A stretch of DNA of 64,000 nucleotides from an uncultured Phycisphaerales bacterium (GTDB taxonomy: Bacteria; Planctomycetota; Phycisphaerae; Sedimentisphaerales; Anaerobacaceae). The translations under genes and the position numbers were made by a program. The stretch covers positions 2,144,001 to 2,208,000 of the forward strand of contig OY970359.1 in assembly GCA_963718665.1 (NCBI GenBank). Direction: 5' to 3'. A model generated the notes under the pieces. It ran no database searches. It saw nothing but the letters and a program-made list of their open reading frames with translations, and had not been told where the DNA came from. The first letter of the stretch is position 1. Every line of letters starts with the position of its first letter. Of the stretch, positions 60,814 to 64,000 are shown piece after piece.

Positions 60814-61482
60814 ATGATAGTTGCTCAAAGAAAAAATATACCTGACCTGCTGGCAATCGTAAAAAGCCATAAAAAGCTCCTCGTGCTGGGCTGTGGCACC
60901 TGTGTTACCGTGTGCCTTGCCGGCGGACAGCGTGAGGTAAGCATCATCGCCTCTGCGTTACGAATGTCGGCGAAATTAAAAGGGCTTCCACTTGAAGTCG
61001 AGGAATTGACCATAGAGCGTCAGTGCGACAACGTCTTCCTCGAACAGGCGGCCGACGCCATAAAACGAAATGACGCTGTTCTTTCGCTCGGATGCGGTGC
61101 CGGCGTTCAGGCCCTCGCCGAACGTTATACCGATAAGCCCGTTTACGCGGGGCTCGATACGGCGTTCATCGGCATACTTGAGGAAAGAGGCGTCTGGACG
61201 GAAAAATGCGCTGCCTGCGGCGCATGCGTCCTTCACGAATACGGCGGCATCTGCCCCGTTACCCGCTGTGCCAAACACATGCTCAACGGCCCGTGCAGCG
61301 GCTCACGCGAAGACCGCTGTGAAGTCAATCCCGAACGCCAATGTGCCTGGCAGCTTATATACAAGCGTCTAAAGGACATCGGCCAGCTCGACCGGCTCAA
61401 AAAAATCAAGCCGCCCAAAAACTGGAACACAAGTCAATCCGGCGGTTACCGTACCATAATTCGTGAAGACCACAGAGTTTGA
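60814..61482 (+). CDS. metV: MetV (MTHFR-associated Fe-S/Zn subunit)
   Basis: GCGTCVTVC, ERQC, CGAGVQ, CAACG.C......ICP.TRC.K...NGPC.G....CE......CAW. Confidence 0.9.
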   Translation: MIVAQRKNIPDLLAIVKSHKKLLVLGCGTCVTVCLAGGQREVSIIASALRMSAKLKGLPLEVEELTIERQCDNVFLEQAADAIKRNDAVLSLGCGAGVQALAERYTDKPVYAGLDTAFIGILEERGVWTEKCAACGACVLHEYGGICPVTRCAKHMLNGPCSGSREDRCEVNPERQCAWQLIYKRLKDIGQLDRLKKIKPPKNWNTSQSGGYRTIIREDHRV

Positions 61483-61546
61483 TAATGTATGCTGCTTTCC
61501 GTAGCTGTTAGAGTCCCAGGTTGGTCCCTCGAAGTTGTAACTCGAA

Positions 61547-63445
61547 TCAGAATAGACCTGCTGTAGTAGCACCGCCCCCGGGCGCAATATAGTCCATTAG
61601 CCAGTTATCGGCGAGGACATACAGGTCTTTTTCGTCGATTACGCCGTCGCCCGGTGTCGATGAGATATCGCAATTGGCGTCCCAGTTGGTATCGCCTGAA
61701 TGGCTGCGCCAGGCCTTTGCCAGTATGGCGAAGTCCTTGAAATCGACAAACCCGTCATAATTGAGGTCTGCCCAGCCAGGCGCGCTTGTAGTAAGCTCAA
61801 TTCCATTTCCCGTGCCGAGATTGCGTGTGTACTGCTTGTCGGTTGCGTTATTCCAGTGCTCGTGAACGCCCAAACTTGCGGTCAAACCCCCGTTGTGGTT
61901 TGGGTCATAGGTAGTCCCCGACGGGGGATTGGGAATTAAAGCGGCTTCGTGCAGATAGTCATGAGCACCGGATTTGTGCGGGTATCCGTTCATATTTGGG
62001 TCGTCAGGATTTGCGGCATTCCATTCATTGTACATAAAATCATAAGCGACCGAATCGGCTGCTATCTGGTCCATAGAAAGAAAAATGCTGGATGGCCAGT
62101 TACCGTTGAACGGGGTCATATTCCATTTGATCGGGTGGGAATCCCAGCTTCGGCCGGCATATAGGCCGTCGATAAGCGCAAGCAGCGTTTTGCCGCCTAA
62201 ACGGGGATGACCCATCAAATCGACAATCGCCCTGTAGTGTCCCATCCCAGGCGTTTCTGTCGCTCTCGTCCAGTGTGTGCTGTAATAGCCGCTGTCGGTG
62301 GGGTTTCGGATCAGAGAGCCATAGTGATTTTTACCGCAGACGGTGATACCGCCGTCGTTGTGGCTTTTGAGTGTAGGAAAGTCTATAAAATAGGCCGCCT
62401 GAGAAAAGTGTGTTGGGATGTAGTCCTGATTTGTGACTCCGCTAAAGTGGGAAGAAGTTGGGTCGCTCCAGTAGAATGGAGAGTTTGTGTCGTATGCGAC
62501 ATTGGTTCTTCCGGTAAAAGAATATCCGGGCATTGTGAGGTAAACGACACCCGGGCAATTGGGGCCGACCATATTATACCAGTAGTTGGGCATTTCTTTA
62601 CCGGGGTCACCTATGCTTATATTGTTTGGACTGACTCCGGCGACATTAGTCAGTTGTTTTAAAAGGGCTATTGTGAGCTGAGGCGATTCGTCTATTTCGC
62701 TGAGGAGAGACGCTGGTTTATTCCCATCAGTAGGATTGGAATACATCAACGTAAAGTTAATTTTTATAGCGATTTTTTCGCCCTGCGTATAGCCAACATT
62801 TCCCTTGCCGATTTGCTGGTTGAAGTTTCTGAATATTGCATCCCATGCGGCAGAGTCGGTACTTTTGCCAGTCAGTGAGCGAAGCGCCTTTGAGAGCATA
62901 TCATTGACAACTTGCTGATTGGTGCAGGTATTTGAATACCAGTAAGGTGGATTATTATTGCCGTCTGAGCCGGGCCAACTTGCGGCATTGGGGTCGTAAA
63001 TCCAGGCCACCCGGCCTGGGTGAACGCCCTTGCCGACTCCAATTGGGGCATTTGCGGGGTGCGGATCGTCAGCTCCATATGATATTTTCTGATCTGTGCT
63101 GCTCATTGCGGCCCAGATGAAGCCGACGCTGGCGACGATGCAGATTGCCGCCAGGACATAGCGTGCCCGCACAAGATGACGTTTTGCCTTATGAAATGCG
63201 ATGGTTGAGGCAGCCAGACCAACAAGCCAGACGATGAAGCCCGACGCGAGCGGAAACGCTACCCGCTGACAGGGATACGCCGCCCGCGATGGCTTGGGTA
63301 TCACGCGGATTAAAAACCAGATTAATGCAGCCAGACCCGTGAACGGGAACAGCCACCACGCCCACTTTTTGTTGTGAACCGGGTTGATTATTTTACCTGT
63401 TTTGGGACAAACACGCGGCTGGGCTTCTTTTTTTAAAAACGACAT
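61547..63445 (-). CDS. Membrane-anchored/secreted DUF362 protein with C-terminal dockerin-like motifs
   Basis: N-terminal TMs (LIWFLIRVIPKPSRAAYPC), IAIKIN, LKSH...TVCGKNHYG, DQIAAD; ADLNYDGFVDFKDFAILAKAW...DL..LADNWL. Confidence 0.8.
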   Translation of the reverse strand: MSFLKKEAQPRVCPKTGKIINPVHNKKWAWWLFPFTGLAALIWFLIRVIPKPSRAAYPCQRVAFPLASGFIVWLVGLAASTIAFHKAKRHLVRARYVLAAICIVASVGFIWAAMSSTDQKISYGADDPHPANAPIGVGKGVHPGRVAWIYDPNAASWPGSDGNNNPPYWYSNTCTNQQVVNDMLSKALRSLTGKSTDSAAWDAIFRNFNQQIGKGNVGYTQGEKIAIKINFTLMYSNPTDGNKPASLLSEIDESPQLTIALLKQLTNVAGVSPNNISIGDPGKEMPNYWYNMVGPNCPGVVYLTMPGYSFTGRTNVAYDTNSPFYWSDPTSSHFSGVTNQDYIPTHFSQAAYFIDFPTLKSHNDGGITVCGKNHYGSLIRNPTDSGYYSTHWTRATETPGMGHYRAIVDLMGHPRLGGKTLLALIDGLYAGRSWDSHPIKWNMTPFNGNWPSSIFLSMDQIAADSVAYDFMYNEWNAANPDDPNMNGYPHKSGAHDYLHEAALIPNPPSGTTYDPNHNGGLTASLGVHEHWNNATDKQYTRNLGTGNGIELTTSAPGWADLNYDGFVDFKDFAILAKAWRSHSGDTNWDANCDISSTPGDGVIDEKDLYVLADNWLMDYIAPGGGATTAGLF

Positions 63446-63542
63446 CACCGACTCTCCTTTTTAGGGTGCAGATTTAAGAATGGTTGTATCAATTAGTTTA
63501 CCAAGAATAAGGGGCTGAATCAATGGATTTATGGCCTTTCTA

Positions 63543-63604
63543 TGTTGGGTGTTGGAAATTGGACATTATTCCGTCCTCTGTTCTCCGTCATCTGTTCTCT
63601 GATT
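63543..63604. repeat. Two adjacent heptamer tracts overlapping the obg stop codon
   Basis: tgttggg tgttgga aattgga; tccgtcc tctgttc tccgtca tctgttc tctgatt. Confidence 0.6.
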
Positions 63605-64000
63605 TTCTCTGTTTGGCCTTTTTCCAGAGCAGTTCGCATAAATCCTTAATTCCTTCGCCCGTTACGGCTGAAATCGGGTAAACACGGTGCTTTAGCTGTT
63701 TCCGCAGTTTCTTTACGATTTTGCCTTCTGGGTCGAGGTCAATCTTATTGGCGATGATAAGCTCCGGCTTTTTGGCGAGCGATTTACTGTATTTTTCAAG
63801 CTCTTTGCGAATCTGGCGGTAGTTTTTCGCCGGGTCCGAGCCGTCGGGCGGCATAATATCGAGGATGTGAACGATGATACGAGTCCTTTCGATATGCCTC
63901 AGGAATTCAAAGCCCAGTCCCGCTCCTTCGTGTGCGCCCCCGATAAGGCCCGGCAAATCCGCCATAACAAACCTGCGCTCATCGGTTAATTTTACTATGC
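63588..64000 (-). CDS. obgE: GTPase ObgE/CgtA, 5'-partial
   Basis: ADLPGLIGGAHEGAGLG.EFLRHIERT, NKID, ISA.TG. Confidence 0.93.
   Translation of the reverse strand, partial: IVKLTDERRFVMADLPGLIGGAHEGAGLGFEFLRHIERTRIIVHILDIMPPDGSDPAKNYRQIRKELEKYSKSLAKKPELIIANKIDLDPEGKIVKKLRKQLKHRVYPISAVTGEGIKDLCELLWKKAKQRKSENR

Noticed and set aside
47415..61482. Selenocysteine read-through in Hdr/MvhD genes; methanogenesis or a full Wood-Ljungdahl pathway
   Set aside because: All ORFs are intact with Cys codons; no mcr, acs or fhs in the window, so the pathway cannot be claimed

Overview
Bacterial chromosomal segment, most likely from an anaerobic planctomycete (Phycisphaerae/Sedimentisphaerales-like). This is an inference from the secreted proteins with paired C-terminal dockerin/EF-hand-like 'D..DFA.LA..WL' motifs, LPS-core genes, mcsAB and siroheme-route heme genes. 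Most of the window is housekeeping: coaD, queD-like, mcsA-mcsB-dnaK, ileS, pmm/pgm, comF, accD, rpe, pgk, gap, lexA, tatAC, hldD, hemB, tRNA-Ser(GCT), obg, plus efflux and Tat-linked redox genes. Highlights: (1) a 14-kb operon (47415-61482) in which a split glutamate-synthase-like enzyme (one intact and one degenerate FMN subunit, and a GATase-GXGXG fusion) is nested inside an HdrCB-HdrL-MvhD-MetFV cluster whose MetF has lost an active-site Asp; (2) an unannotated Ile-rich leader peptide with mutually exclusive antiterminator/terminator hairpins upstream of ileS; (3) a circularly permuted domain inserted in frame between 6-bp direct repeats in a secreted protein; (4) a sigma54-type promoter before dnaK; (5) an ORF overlapping lexA; (6) heptamer repeat tracts inside coding linkers, and several gene relics. 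Two single-base homopolymer frameshifts may be assembly errors. No CRISPR array, rRNA or transposase was seen. All calls come from reading the sequence; no searches were run.
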